Of a stretch of DNA of 64,000 nucleotides, positions 1-11,200 are shown piece by piece (positions within the stretch are counted from its first letter, which is position 1; the number at the start of each line of letters is the position of its first letter). The DNA comes from the human T2T-CHM13v2.0 reference genome, Homo sapiens, in NCBI GenBank assembly GCA_009914755.4, contig CP068257.2:26560001-26624000 (forward strand), written 5' to 3'. The notes beneath the pieces were generated by a model, which searched no databases, had not been told where the DNA came from, and worked only from the letters and a program-made list of their open reading frames with translations. A program made the position numbers and the translations under genes.

Positions 1-549
1 TCATTACTTATGCAAATATCTGCAGCTGGCTTGAATTTCTCCTCGGAAAATGGAATTTTCTTTTCTATCACATTGTCAGGCTGCAAATTTTCTGAACTTT
101 TATGTTCTGCTTCCCTTTTAAAATCGAATGCCTTTAATAGCACCCAAGTCACCTCTTGAATGCTTTGCTTCTTAGAAATTTCTTCCATCAGATACCCTAA
201 ATCATCTCTCTCAAGTTCAAAGTTTCACAAATCTCTAGGGCAGGGGCAAAAATGACACCAGACTCTTTACTAAAAAATAACAAGAATCACCTTTGCTCCA
301 ATTCCCAACAATTTTCTCATCTCCATCTGAGACCACCTCAGCCTGGACTTTATTGTTCATATCACTATCAGGCTTTTAGTCAAAGCCATTTAACAAGTCT
401 CTAGGAAGTTTTACACTTTCCCACATCTTCCTGTCTTCTTTTGAGCCCTCCAAACTGTTCCAACCTCTGCCTCTTACCCAGTTCCAAAGTCACTTCCGCA
501 TTTTCAGGTACATTTTCAGCAACACTCCACTCTACTGCTACCAATTTAC
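1..549 (-). mobile_element. Probable internal region of an ERVL-MaLR element (THE1/MST-like), partial, running off the window edge; decayed tRNA-Leu-like primer-binding site at ~526-543
   Basis: Lies immediately on the PBS side of the minus-oriented LTR at 550-900. Reverse complement of 526-543 reads TGGTAGCAGTAGAGTGGA. By eye it matches TGGCAGCGGTGGGATTCG (complement of a tRNA-Leu 3' end) at 11/18, with most mismatches CpG-type transitions. No alignment computed. Confidence 0.35.
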
Positions 550-900
550 TGTATTAGTCCGTTTTCATGCTGCTGATAATGACATGCCCAAGACTGAGAA
601 GAAAAAGAGGTTTAATTGGACTTAGAATCCCACATGGGGAGTCCTTAGAATCATGGCGGGAGGTGAAAGGCACTTCTTACATGGCAGCAGCAGGAGAAAA
701 TGAGAAGGATGCAAAAGCAGAAACCCCTGATAAAACCATCAGCTCTCGTGAGACTTATTCACTACCATGAGAATAACAGAAGGGAAACTGCTCCCATGAT
801 TCAAATTATCTGTCACCAGGTCTCTCCCACAACACATGAGACTTATGGGAGTACAATTCAAGATGAGATTTGGTTGGGGGCTCAGAACTAAACTATGTCA
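550..900 (-). mobile_element. ERVL-MaLR LTR, THE1/MST family (5' LTR of the element continuing to position 1)
   Basis: Begins tgtattagtcc and ends caaaccaaactatgtca. This is the reverse complement of the THE1/MST consensus TGATATGGTTTGG...GACTAATACA. Internal landmarks are present: atcatggcgggaggtgaaagg, cacaacacatgagacttatgggagtacaattcaagatgagatttgg. Confidence 0.8.
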
Positions 901-904
901 CAAA

Positions 905-3300
905 CCAAATCCAACATTACATGAAAAAGAAATACATCACAATCAAGTGGGTTTTTTTCCAGAGATGCAAGGATAGTTCAACATACACAAATCAATAAAT
1001 GTGATTCACCATATAAACAGAATTTAAAACAAAAACCACATAATCATCTCAATAGATGCAGAAAAAGCATTCAATAAAATCCAACTTCTCTTCAGATATA
1101 AACACTCATCACATACAAATCAGTAGAACTTACCTTGAAATAATAAGGGCCATGTATAACAAAAACCACAGCCAAGATCATTCTGAATATGGAAAAGTTG
1201 AAAACATTCCAAATAAATACCTGGGACAAAAGAAGCCGGTACATTCATACCACTCTTATTCAACATGATATTGGAAGTCCTAGCCAGCGTAATTATGGAA
1301 GAGAAAAAAATAAAAGGTATTCAAATTGGAAAAGAAGGAGTCAAGTTATCTCTGTTTGATGATGACCTTATCTTATAGCTAGAAAACCCCAAAGATTCCT
1401 TCAAAAGACTCCTAGAATTGATAAATGACTGGTAAAGTTTCAGGATACAAAATCAATCTACAAAATCAGTAGTATTTATATACACCAATAATGTTCAGGC
1501 TGAGAGCAAAATCCAGAATACAATCCCATTTACATGAGCCACAAAAAAAATTACCTAGAAATATATTTCACCAAGGAGATGAAAGAGTTCTACAAAGCAA
1601 ACGGCAAAACACTGATGAAAGTAACCATACTTGGAACAAACAAATGTGAAAACATCCCATGTTCTTGGGTTGGAAGAATCAATATCATTAAAATCATCTT
1701 ACTGCCCAAAGCAATATACAGATTCAATTTTATTCCTTTTAAATTACCAACGTCATTTTTTGCAGAATTAGAAAAAAAATCCTAAAAATCATATAGAACC
1801 AAAAAAAAGAGCCCAAATAGCTTAAACAATCCTGAGCAAAAATGGACTAAGCCAACAACATCACATTACCTGACTTCAAATTATACTACAAAGATATAGT
1901 AACCAAAACAGCAGGGTACTGAAACAAAAATAGACACATAGACAAATGGAACAGAATAGAAAATCCAGAAATAATGCCACATACCTACAACCAACTGATC
2001 TTCAACAGAGATGACAAAAATAAACAATGTAGGAAGAACACCCTATTCAATAAATGGTGTTAGAAAAATTGGTTAGCTATATGCAGAAGAATGAAACTAG
2101 ACCCCTATCTCTCACCATATACAAAAGTTAATTCAAGGTCGATTAAATACTTTAATGGAAGATCAGAAACTATAAAAATCCTAGAAAAAAATCAAGAAAA
2201 AACTTCTCCGGACATTGCCTTAGGCAAAGAATTTATAACTAAGCCTTCAAAAGCAAATGCAAGAAAAATAAACAAAAGAAATTTAATTAAACTAAAAGGA
2301 TTCTGCACAACAAAAGTACTAATTAACAGAGTAAATAAATGAGCACCCTACAGAATGCGAGAAAAAATTTGCGAATTATACCTCTGATGAATGACTAATA
2401 TCCAACAACTCAATACCAACTCAACAAGAAAAAAACAAATAACCCCATTAAAAAATGGACAAAGGAAATGAACAGACATTTCTCAAAAGAAGACATACAG
2501 GCAGTCAACAAACATATGAAAATATAATCAGCATTACTAATCATCAGATAAATGCAAATTAAAACCATAGTAAGATACCATCTTACAGCAGTAAGAATGG
2601 CTATTATTAAAAGTTAAAAAAAAACAGATATTGGCATGGATGCAGAGAAAAGGTAATGCTTATACACAGTTATGGGAATGTAAATTAGTAAAACCTCAAT
2701 GGAAAACAGTATGGAGACTTTTCAAAGAATTAAAAATAGAACTACTAGTCAACCCAGCAATCCTACTATTCGGTTCTACCCAAAGTGAAATAAATCATTA
2801 TATCAAAAAGACACCTATATTAGTATGTTTATTGCAGTGCTATACTCAATAGCAAAGTCTTGAAATCAACCTAAATGTCTCTCAATGGTTGGTTGGATAA
2901 AGAAAATGTCTCACACCATGGAATGTACACACACCATGGAATAATATACAGCCATTAAAAAGAATAAAATCATGTAATTTGTAGCAACATAGGTGGAACT
3001 GGAAGCCATTATCCTAAGTGAAATAACTGAAAAATATAAATTTAAATATTACATATTCTTAGAATTTGGATCTGAACAATGGGTACAAATGGACATAAAG
3101 ATGAAAAAAATATACATTGGGGACTCTAAAATGGGGCAAAATGGGAGACGGAATGAGGGTTAAAAAATTACCTATTGGCACAGTGTTCACTATTTTGGTG
3201 GTGGGTACTCTAGAAGCCCAAACTTCACCATTACACAATATATTCATATAACAAACCTGTACATGTATCCCCTAAAGCTAAATTTTTTTTAAAAAGAATT
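905..3300 (+). mobile_element. L1 LINE, old subfamily (L1M/L1PB-like), 5'-truncated: ORF2 3' half through 3'UTR and A-rich end
   Basis: Recognisable L1 ORF2 stretches are present (gatgcaaggatagttcaacatacacaaatcaataaatgtgattcaccatataaacag..., aatagatgcagaaaaagcattcaataaaatccaac..., ttgggttggaagaatcaatatcattaaaat..., catttctcaaaagaagacatacaggcagtcaacaaacatatgaaaa). The 3'UTR end ...acctgtacatgtatcccctaaagctaaatttttttt is present. There are many frameshifts and stops. Confidence 0.85.
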
Positions 3301-3424
3301 ATTTATTTAAAAAAAGAAAATGAAAAGAACAACTACAAACCAAATGGGATAAAATATTTTCAAATTATATATAATTCAAAATATGTAAATAATATATAAA
3401 CTGACTTCCCAATTTATTCTATGT

Positions 3425-3745
3425 ATCAAATATTACACTGATATTAAAACCAGATGAAGACATTAGAAGAAAACTAGAGAAAATAACTTTAGCCAATATA
3501 GACGCAAAAATCCTCAAAAAAATCCTAGCAAACTGAATATAGCAATACATAAAAATATTTATACACCATGACCAAGTGGGGTGGCTATAATAAACAAGAG
3601 ACAATCAATCACAAGTGTTAGCAGGAATGTGGAGAAGCTGAAACAACCATATATTGCTTGTGAGAATATACAGTAATGCAGTCACTCTGGGAAACAGTTT
3701 GGCAGTTCCTCAAAATGCTAATCTTAGTTACCGTCTGTTTCTTTG
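3425..3745 (+). mobile_element. L1 ORF2 fragment (old L1M-like, internally deleted)
   Basis: gacgcaaaaatcctcaaaaaaatcctagcaaactgaatatagcaatacataaaaatatttatacaccatgaccaagtggg matches the L1 ORF2 'gatgcaaaaatcctcaataaaatactggcaaaccgaatccagcagcacatcaaaaagcttatccaccatgatcaagtggg'. aggaatgtggagaagctgaaacaaccatatattgcttgtgagaatatacagtaatgcag matches the distal ORF2. Confidence 0.7.
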
Positions 3746-4249
3746 GTTGAGTAGTGTTTTTGTGTGTTTAAACATATTTATGTTTAAAAGACAAGTTACT
3801 TAATGACATTTGATTTTACACTAGGTTCAAACAGTATTTGTAATTCATTGTGGATAAAATTTGCTATTACTAGAATGTTTTGTGATTTTTTATGCAAAAA
3901 TGCATTTCAAGTTCACCACACAGCTTAAATTTACATCATTAACTTACAGAATACAACTTTTAATGCATTTTATATTGCCTGCATACTGCCAGTACAAATT
4001 TTCCAGAAAGTGTTTCTAAAATTATTAATGTAAGTTATCAGATAGTCTAACTTAATCATGTAGAGGCATCAAAATTCATGTTATTTACAAAGTAGTCTAA
4101 TTTCCTCCAAAATACAAATATTAAATCAGTATATTATATTCAATAAAACTATAACCTCATGTTAGATCTCAAACTTTTATGTGTTTATATAAATATAGAA
4201 ACATATATATCTATATATCCTTTAGTTCTAGCATTAAATAAAGATAATT

Positions 4250-6655
4250 GCAGAAAGCCTTTCTGCTAAGATCTGGAACACAATAGGGATTCACACTGTC
4301 TCCACTGTTATTCAACATAGTACTGAAAGTCCTAGCCAATGCAATCAGACAAGATCAAGATATAACGGGAATCCAAACTGGAAAGGAAGAAATCAAATTA
4401 CCTTTGTTTGCAGATGATATGATCTTATATTTGGAAAAACCTTAAGGCTCTAAAAGAAAACTATTAGAACTGATAAACAAATTGAGTAAAGTCAAAGGAT
4501 ACAAAATCAACATACAAAAATTAGTTGCATTTCTATATACCAAAGTGAACAATGTGGAATGGAAATTTAAAAAGTAATCCCATTTACTGTAGCCACACAG
4601 AAAATTAAATACCTAGGAATTAACTTAGCCAAAGAAGTTAACGATTTGTTTAATGGAAACTATAAGACACTGAAGAAAGAAATTGAAGAAAACATTGAAA
4701 AAAATTGGAAAATAGTATATGTTCATGGATTGGAAGAATCAATATTGTTAAAATGTCCAACAATGTTCCAAAGCAATCTGCAAATTCAATGCAATCCTTA
4801 TCAAAATATCCATGACATTCTTCACAGAAATAGAAAAAAAATCCTAAAATTTATATAGAACCACAAAATACCCAGAATAGCCAATGCGGTTCTTGGTCAA
4901 AAGGTGCCAAGAACATACACTGGGGAAAAGGCAGTCTCTTCTTCAACAAATGGTGCCAGGAAAACCGGATATACACATGCAAAAGAATGAAACAAAATAC
5001 CAATGAAACCTTGGTATTTTGATAAGGATTGCATTGAATTTGTAGATTTATTTGGAACATTTTTGGACATTCTAACAATATTGATTCTTCCAATCCATGA
5101 GCATAGACTATTTTCCCATTTTTCAGTGTTTTCTTTCTTCAGTGTCTTATAGTTTCCATTATACAAATCGTTCACTTCTTTGGCTAAGTTAATCCCTATC
5201 TCTCACCATATACAGAAAGCAAATCAAAATGGATTAAACAATTAAATCTAAAACCTCAAACTATGAAACTACTACAACAAAACATTGGGGAAATTTCCAG
5301 GTTATTGGTCTGATCAAAGATTTCTTGAGCAATACTCCAGAAGCACAAGCAACCAAAGCATATATGAACAAATGAGATTACATCAAGTTAAAAAGCTTAA
5401 GCTTAAAAAGCTTTAAAAGCAGGAATATGGAGAAACTAGAACAACCATATATTGCTTGTGAGAATATACAGTAGTGCTGTAGTGTGCAGCAAAGGATACA
5501 ATCAACAAAGTGTAGAGACAACTCACAGAATGGAAGAAAAGATTTGCAGACCACCCATCTGAACAAGAGATTAATAACTGGAATATATAAATAGCTCAAA
5601 CAATTCCATAGGAAAAAATCTAATAACCTAATCAAAAATGGGCAAAAGATTTTGAATAGACATTTCTCAAAAGAAGACATACAAATGGAAAACAGGCATA
5701 CGAAAAGGTGCCCAACATCACTGATCGTCAGAGAAATGCCAATCAAAATTACAATAAGATATCATCTCACCCCAGTTAAAATGACTTATATGCAAAAGAC
5801 AGACAATAACAAATGCTGGCTAGGATGTGGAGAAAAAGAAACCCTTGAACACTGTTGGTGGCAATGTAAATTAGTACAACTACTATGGAGAACAGCTTGG
5901 AGATTCCTCAAAAATTAAAAACTGAGCTACCGTATAATCTAGTAATCCCACTGTTGGGTATATAAGCAAAATAAAGAAAATCAGTATGTTGAAGAGATGT
6001 TTGCACTTCTATGTTTGTTGTAGCGCTCTTTACAATAGCTAATATTTGGAAGCAATCTAAGTGACCATCAAGAGACAAATGGATAAACAAAATGTGGTAC
6101 ACATACACAACGGAATGCTATTCAATTATAAAAAAGAATGAGATCCATTCATTTGCAACAACATGGATAGAACTGGAGGTCATTAAGTGAAATAAGCCAA
6201 GCACAAAAAGCCAAACATTGCATGTCCTTCCTTAATTGTGGGATCTTAAAATCAAAACAATTGAACTCATGGACATAGAGTGTAGATGGATGGTTTCTAG
6301 AGGCTGGGAAGGGTAGTGAGGGGTTGGGGAAAAGTTTGGGATGGTTAATGGGTACAAAGAAAATAGGTAGAAAGAATGAATAAGACCTATTATTTGATAG
6401 CACAATAGGGTGACTACAGTCAATAATAATTGTAGATTTTAATATAACTTAAAGAGTGTGATTGTATTGCTTGCAACTCAAAAGATTAATGCTTGAGGGG
6501 ATGGATACACCATTCTCCATGATGTGCTTATTTCATATTGCATGTCTATATTAAAACATTTCGTGTTTTTCATGTTTTTCATCAAAACATTTAATTCATC
6601 CTATAAATACATACACCTACTATGTACTCACAAAAATTGAAAATAAAAATAATCA
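4250..6655 (+). mobile_element. L1 LINE (old L1M/L1PB-like) ORF2 through 3'UTR; carries a nested inverted L1 segment at 5026-5191
   Basis: ORF2 motifs are present: ctgttattcaacatagtactgaaagtcctagccaatgcaatcagacaag, cctttgtttgcagatgatatgatcttatatttggaaaaacc, ttggaagaatcaatattgttaaaatgtccaa, gacatttctcaaaagaagacatacaaatggaaaacaggcatacgaaaaggtgc. The 3'UTR is present (...ccattctccatgatgtgcttatttcatattgcatg...cacaaaaattgaaaataaaaataa). Segment 5400-5470 duplicates 3620-3690, which is a second L1M copy. Confidence 0.85.
5026..5191 (-). mobile_element. Inverted L1 ORF2 segment nested in the L1 at 4250-6655 (reverse complement of 4620-4797)
   Basis: 5026-5191 (ggattgcattgaatttgtagatttatttggaacatttttggacattctaacaatattgattcttccaatccatgagcatag...ggctaagttaa) is the reverse complement of ttaacttagccaaagaagttaacgatttgtttaatggaaactataagacactgaagaaag...gcaatcc at 4620-4797. 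The plus-strand L1 sequence is collinear across the insert (gaatgaaac at 4988 resumes at tccctatctctcacc 5199). Confidence 0.8.
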
Positions 6656-6711
6656 TATATTTTTGTAGGTATATAAGCTCATGAAGTTATTTTAAAATCT
6701 ACAACTTATTG

Positions 6712-7092
6712 ATTTATACATATACACCATGGAATACTACACAACCACAGAAATGAATGAGATCATGTCTTTAAAGGGGTATGGCTGGAGCTGGAGGTCA
6801 GTAGTCTCAGAAACTCACAGGAACAGAAAACTAAATACCATATGTTCTCACTTATAAGTGGGAGCTAAGTAATGAAAATACATGGACACATAGTGGGGAG
6901 CAACACACACTGGGCTTATTGGAGGGTGGAGGATGGGAGGAGAGAGAGGATCAAGAAAAATAACTAATGGGTACTAGGCTTAATACCTGGGTGATAAATA
7001 ACCTGTACAACAAACCCTCATGACACAAGTTGCCTTATGTAACAAAACTACACATGTAGCCCTGAACTTAAAATAAAAGTTAAAAAAAGATA
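6712..7092 (+). mobile_element. L1 3'-end insertion (L1P-like), 5'-truncated, with A-rich tail
   Basis: tatacaccatggaatactacacaaccacagaaatgaatgagatcatgtctttaaagg...catatgttctcacttataagtgggagctaagtaatgaaaatacatggacacatagtggggagcaacacacactggg...cctcatgacacaagttgccttatgtaacaaaactacacatgtagccctgaacttaaaataaaagttaaaaaaag is a typical L1 3'UTR terminus. Confidence 0.8.
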
Positions 7093-8139
7093 ATTATACC
7101 TTTAAAAATTGTTATAAAATGATCAATAAAAGCTCTCGCCAGTTGCAATTGTTGCTAGAGTTCTTTAATCAATAGAACAAGAACTGTTGTACTTTATTAA
7201 ATACCAACATGGTAAAAGTTTATATTTTTATTGAGCCTTGCCACATAGACAAAGCATTCATACCAATCATCTCATTTGCTTCACTCAATATTCCTATGAG
7301 GCAGGGGTAGCATCTAATATTTTTATTTTCTACATAAAGAAGCAGTTTCACAGTAGTTTGACGATTTATCCAAATTCACCCCGTTACATTTTGGTGAACT
7401 GTGGAGGAGGGAGGATAACTGAACTGCCTTCTCTCAGATCTACATTGTGCCCATCTTTAGCTTTACTGCATTTTTCAGGAACTTACATTGTTTATGAAGC
7501 CCTTGGCGTCAGGTTTCCAGGTTGGATCTGAAACAGAAGGCTGGATGCAATGATTGTAATTCTAGAGGCAGGAGATAGGGCATTTCCCTTTCTCTCTTCT
7601 TCCTGTGATGTCTCTGGTTGTAGCTGCTTCCTCTGTGCCTCTAGCTCTTTTCTCCAGCCCATCACTCCTATTTACAAGCAGCTGGGAGGCAGCCATGATT
7701 TCTGGATTCCAATGGTAACAACACCTGCTCTCACTGACCTTCAGGTGTGACGTTAACAGCTTCCTTGTTGTTGCTGATTTCTGGGTGGCCCCGCTCTCAA
7801 GTCTTTTCCCCAATTCCTGTATCAAATAACCTCAGTTTGAAAAACCTAAAGTGGTTTTATTTTTCTGCCTAGATCTTAACTGCTATTTGAAAATATACCA
7901 ATAAGCTTTCCATATTTCAAATTATTAATCTCAACCCAATGTTTCTATTTCATGAAATAGTGTTTTTCCATCATTTGCTTAGAATAAAAAATAGCTATAT
8001 TTTACTGTCCTTTATTCCTTCTGTATTACTGATGTATACTCTATGGGCTTACTACGATTGTGTTGTATTTGAGTTTCTTAAGGTGTTTTTCATTACATCC
8101 CTTTGATTATAATAAAAGTTAATGTGATAAACAAAATGG

Positions 8140-8300
8140 TCAATGTAGTGGTTAAGATAAAGGACAGAATATAATTCCTCTCTGCCTCTCAAAAGCTGTA
8201 GGAAGTTGAGTTACTTTGTCTCTCAGCTTGGTATTAATAGGAATAATAGTTCATATGACTGAGAATTATTGTGAAGAATGAATGAATGAATATGTGAAAA
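8140..8300 (+). mobile_element. MIR SINE fragment (probable)
   Basis: gtagtggttaagataaaggacag...cctctctgcctctcaaaagctgtaggaagttgagttactttgtctctcagc...gaatgaatgaatgaa resembles the MIR consensus (agtggttaagagcacgg...ctctgccacttactagctgtgtgaccttgggcaagttacttaacctctctg...gaatgaatga tail motif). Confidence 0.45.
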
Positions 8301-8352
8301 GCACATGATGTATTGCCTGTTACATAGCACTAATAAAAAAGTAGAAATTTTT

Positions 8353-8682
<330 letters not shown>

Positions 8683-8996
8683 TTATTTGAGAATTTGGAG
8701 AAAACAGAAAACATAAAGATTATTGTGACTGACATAATTATGAATCTAGAACCATTTATTTTGGATTGTGAGAATTTAAATCGTTAATTAATGTATATGT
8801 GTACATGTATATAGTGTGTGTGTATATGGCTGCAAATAATATTTATGTAAACATATAGCATTATATAACGAAATTTTAATCCACTTTTGTAAAATCTTTC
8901 CATTTTAAACTTCAGGAATTTAAGAAAAAATAATATGCATCTAAAGTTTTAATACCTTAAAAAATACATTACTTGATTAAAACAAAATTAATTTCA

Positions 8997-9288
<292 letters not shown>

Positions 9289-9484
9289 TTAATTTCAAAG
9301 TGTTTGCAAAAAAAAGCATTTTACGAATGCCAAATGTATTACTGAAGAACAACAAAATAATTCAAGTAAAGGAGGATTTTACTACCTTGGATTTATTATA
9401 AGAAAATGCAAGGGTCTTCAGCTATGGAGAAAACCCTGGGAAATATAATAAATTAGACAATCTCTTTATGTAACTCTTTTGCTT

Positions 9485-9806
9485 TTTCTTTTCTTTTTTT
9501 TTTTTTTCTTTTTTTTTCTATTTTGAGACAGAGTTTTGCTCTCGTTGCCAGGCTGGAGTGCAATGGCGCGATCTCAGTTCACTGCAACCTCTGCCTCCCC
9601 GGGTTCAAGCGATTCTCCTGCCTCAGCCTCCCGAGTAGCTGGGATTACAGGGATGTGCCACCAAGCCTGGCTAATTTTGTATTTTTAGTAGAGATGGGGT
9701 TTCTCCATGTTGGTCAGGCTGGTCTTGAACTCCCGATCTCAGATGATCGGCCCGCCTCGGCCTCCCAAAGTCCTGGCATTACAGGCGTGAGCCACCACGC
9801 CCGGTC
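9485..9806 (-). mobile_element. Alu SINE (minus orientation; poly-T at 9485-9522 = A-tail)
   Basis: tttgagacagagttttgctctcgttgccaggctggagtgcaatggcgcgatctcagttcactgcaacctctgcctccccgggttcaagcgattctcctgcctcagcctcccgagtagctgggattacagg...ggcgtgagccaccacgcccggtc. CpGs are retained (ggcgcgatctc), which suggests a relatively young copy. Confidence 0.95.
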
Positions 9807-9947
9807 CTATGTAATTCTTTTGCTAGATGAGCTAGATTAGTGCATAATAGTGATGATTTGGTTATTTCTGAAGTACTGCTTCTTTTGTCTGTTCCAGTGT
9901 TGTGTCATAGAAGATCCTTTGACAACCATTTGCAGAAAGTTCTTTAA

Positions 9948-9968
9948 AACAACAACAACAACAACAAC
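9948..9968. repeat. (AAC)7 microsatellite
   Basis: aacaacaacaacaacaacaac read directly. Confidence 0.9.
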
Positions 9969-11059
9969 ACTGAAAATGGCACTTGGGAAAAGATGCCTTT
10001 TATCTAAGGCTGGAGAGAAAGAAAAGTCCAAGAACATGGCAGAATAAAACAGAGGCTTAGGGACAAGTCTACAGATGGAATCAGCCAGAAGCAAATTCTA
10101 TTCTTCCTGCATCAAATACAAAAGAAAGTAAAAGTGATGAAGCCAAGGATCTATACAACTATGAAAATTCATAGTAATTGCAGGAACTATCCCAAAAAGC
10201 AAACTTGAAAGCAACTTCAAGTTCTGAATGACAAAATTTAGCAGTCAATTGGGACACTGAATTAATAAAAGATTTATATTATGCAAGCTACAGCTGACGT
10301 CCACATTGTAGAAACAAGCGCTCTCTTCTGACTCGTTCCAAGTATACATTATTTTTAAATCATGTCTTAAAATTTAGCCAAAATGGAACTCGAGAGAGCA
10401 TTATGTAAATCTCACTTCTTGTTTCAATTCCCTCAAAAGTCCCTAGGTCCCATATCAGTAAAGGCTACATATGTGGAATAAGGTTTATAATGTATATAAA
10501 ACAGAAACCTTCACTGTAACAATAGAACAATAGTCATCCTTGATTTGCTGCTTTATAACCTACCTACTACGTTTATGCAGGGTTACAGCGGGGCTCTGTA
10601 AATAATCCCACAAACTCCAAGGAGTACGAGTCTTTGTGTGGAATTCAAGATGTTAATTTTTTCTTTTCTAACTAAATTAACTCCACATGTTTTTTGCTGC
10701 AACTAATCTCTTTCCTGTGGAATTAGGCATGGTCTGACTCATTATTTACTTTTTGAACATGACAATTTACTCCAGAGTAGTCCTCATTTCACATAGCCTC
10801 AGGCTCCTAGGCCATTTATGTGCACCCAGCATTATTGCTGATCTTTGTAGTTAAGATGTGGATTCTGGAAGGAAATCATAAGACCACCAATATCCAGACT
10901 AATGCAACTCGGCCAGCCATCTCGTCAATGGCAGGCTTTAGATAGTATGTGTCTGGGGAGAAATAATTTCTAAGGTGTCTACAGAACTTTAGGACTGATA
11001 AAGTTCTCCCAAACATTCCTAAAATGAGTAAGATTTATATTAATTGAGACTGTCCTAAA

Positions 11060-11200
11060 CATCAGACCTTTATCCTTACTTACGATATTGGTAATCCTAA
11101 CAATGATAAGGTGGAAAATATAACCCATTTTCAACATGAAGAGACACTCATACAGCTAATAAGTAACAGAGCAGAGATTCAAAACCAGCTTCTTTGACGC
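11060..11200 (-). mobile_element. MIR SINE fragment (minus orientation)
   Basis: cattttcaacatgaagagacactcatacagctaataagtaacagagcagagattcaaaaccagc resembles the reverse complement of MIR (cattttacagatgaggaaactgaggctcagagaggttaagtaacttgcccaaggtcacacagctagtaagtggcagagccgggattcgaacccaggc). Confidence 0.5.

Noticed and set aside
5652-5918. 88-aa plus-strand [47 protein letters not shown]...
   Set aside because: This is the decayed C-terminal part of L1 ORF2 within the L1 at 4250-6655, not an independent gene.
7238-7830. Moderately GC-richer block considered as a promoter/CpG island or exon
   Set aside because: Very few CpGs, no splice-site-flanked coding frame, and no TATA/initiator context. More likely an old LTR/DNA-transposon remnant.
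8130-8300. gaatgaatgaatgaa tetranucleotide run treated as a possible standalone microsatellite
   Set aside because: It is the characteristic MIR 3' tail (GAATGAATGA…), so it is folded into the MIR call.
9523-9840. 105-aa ORF (also 15491-15700 minus and 62179-62439 plus)
   Set aside because: Entirely inside Alu elements. These are typical spurious Alu-encoded frames (…[13 protein letters not shown]…).
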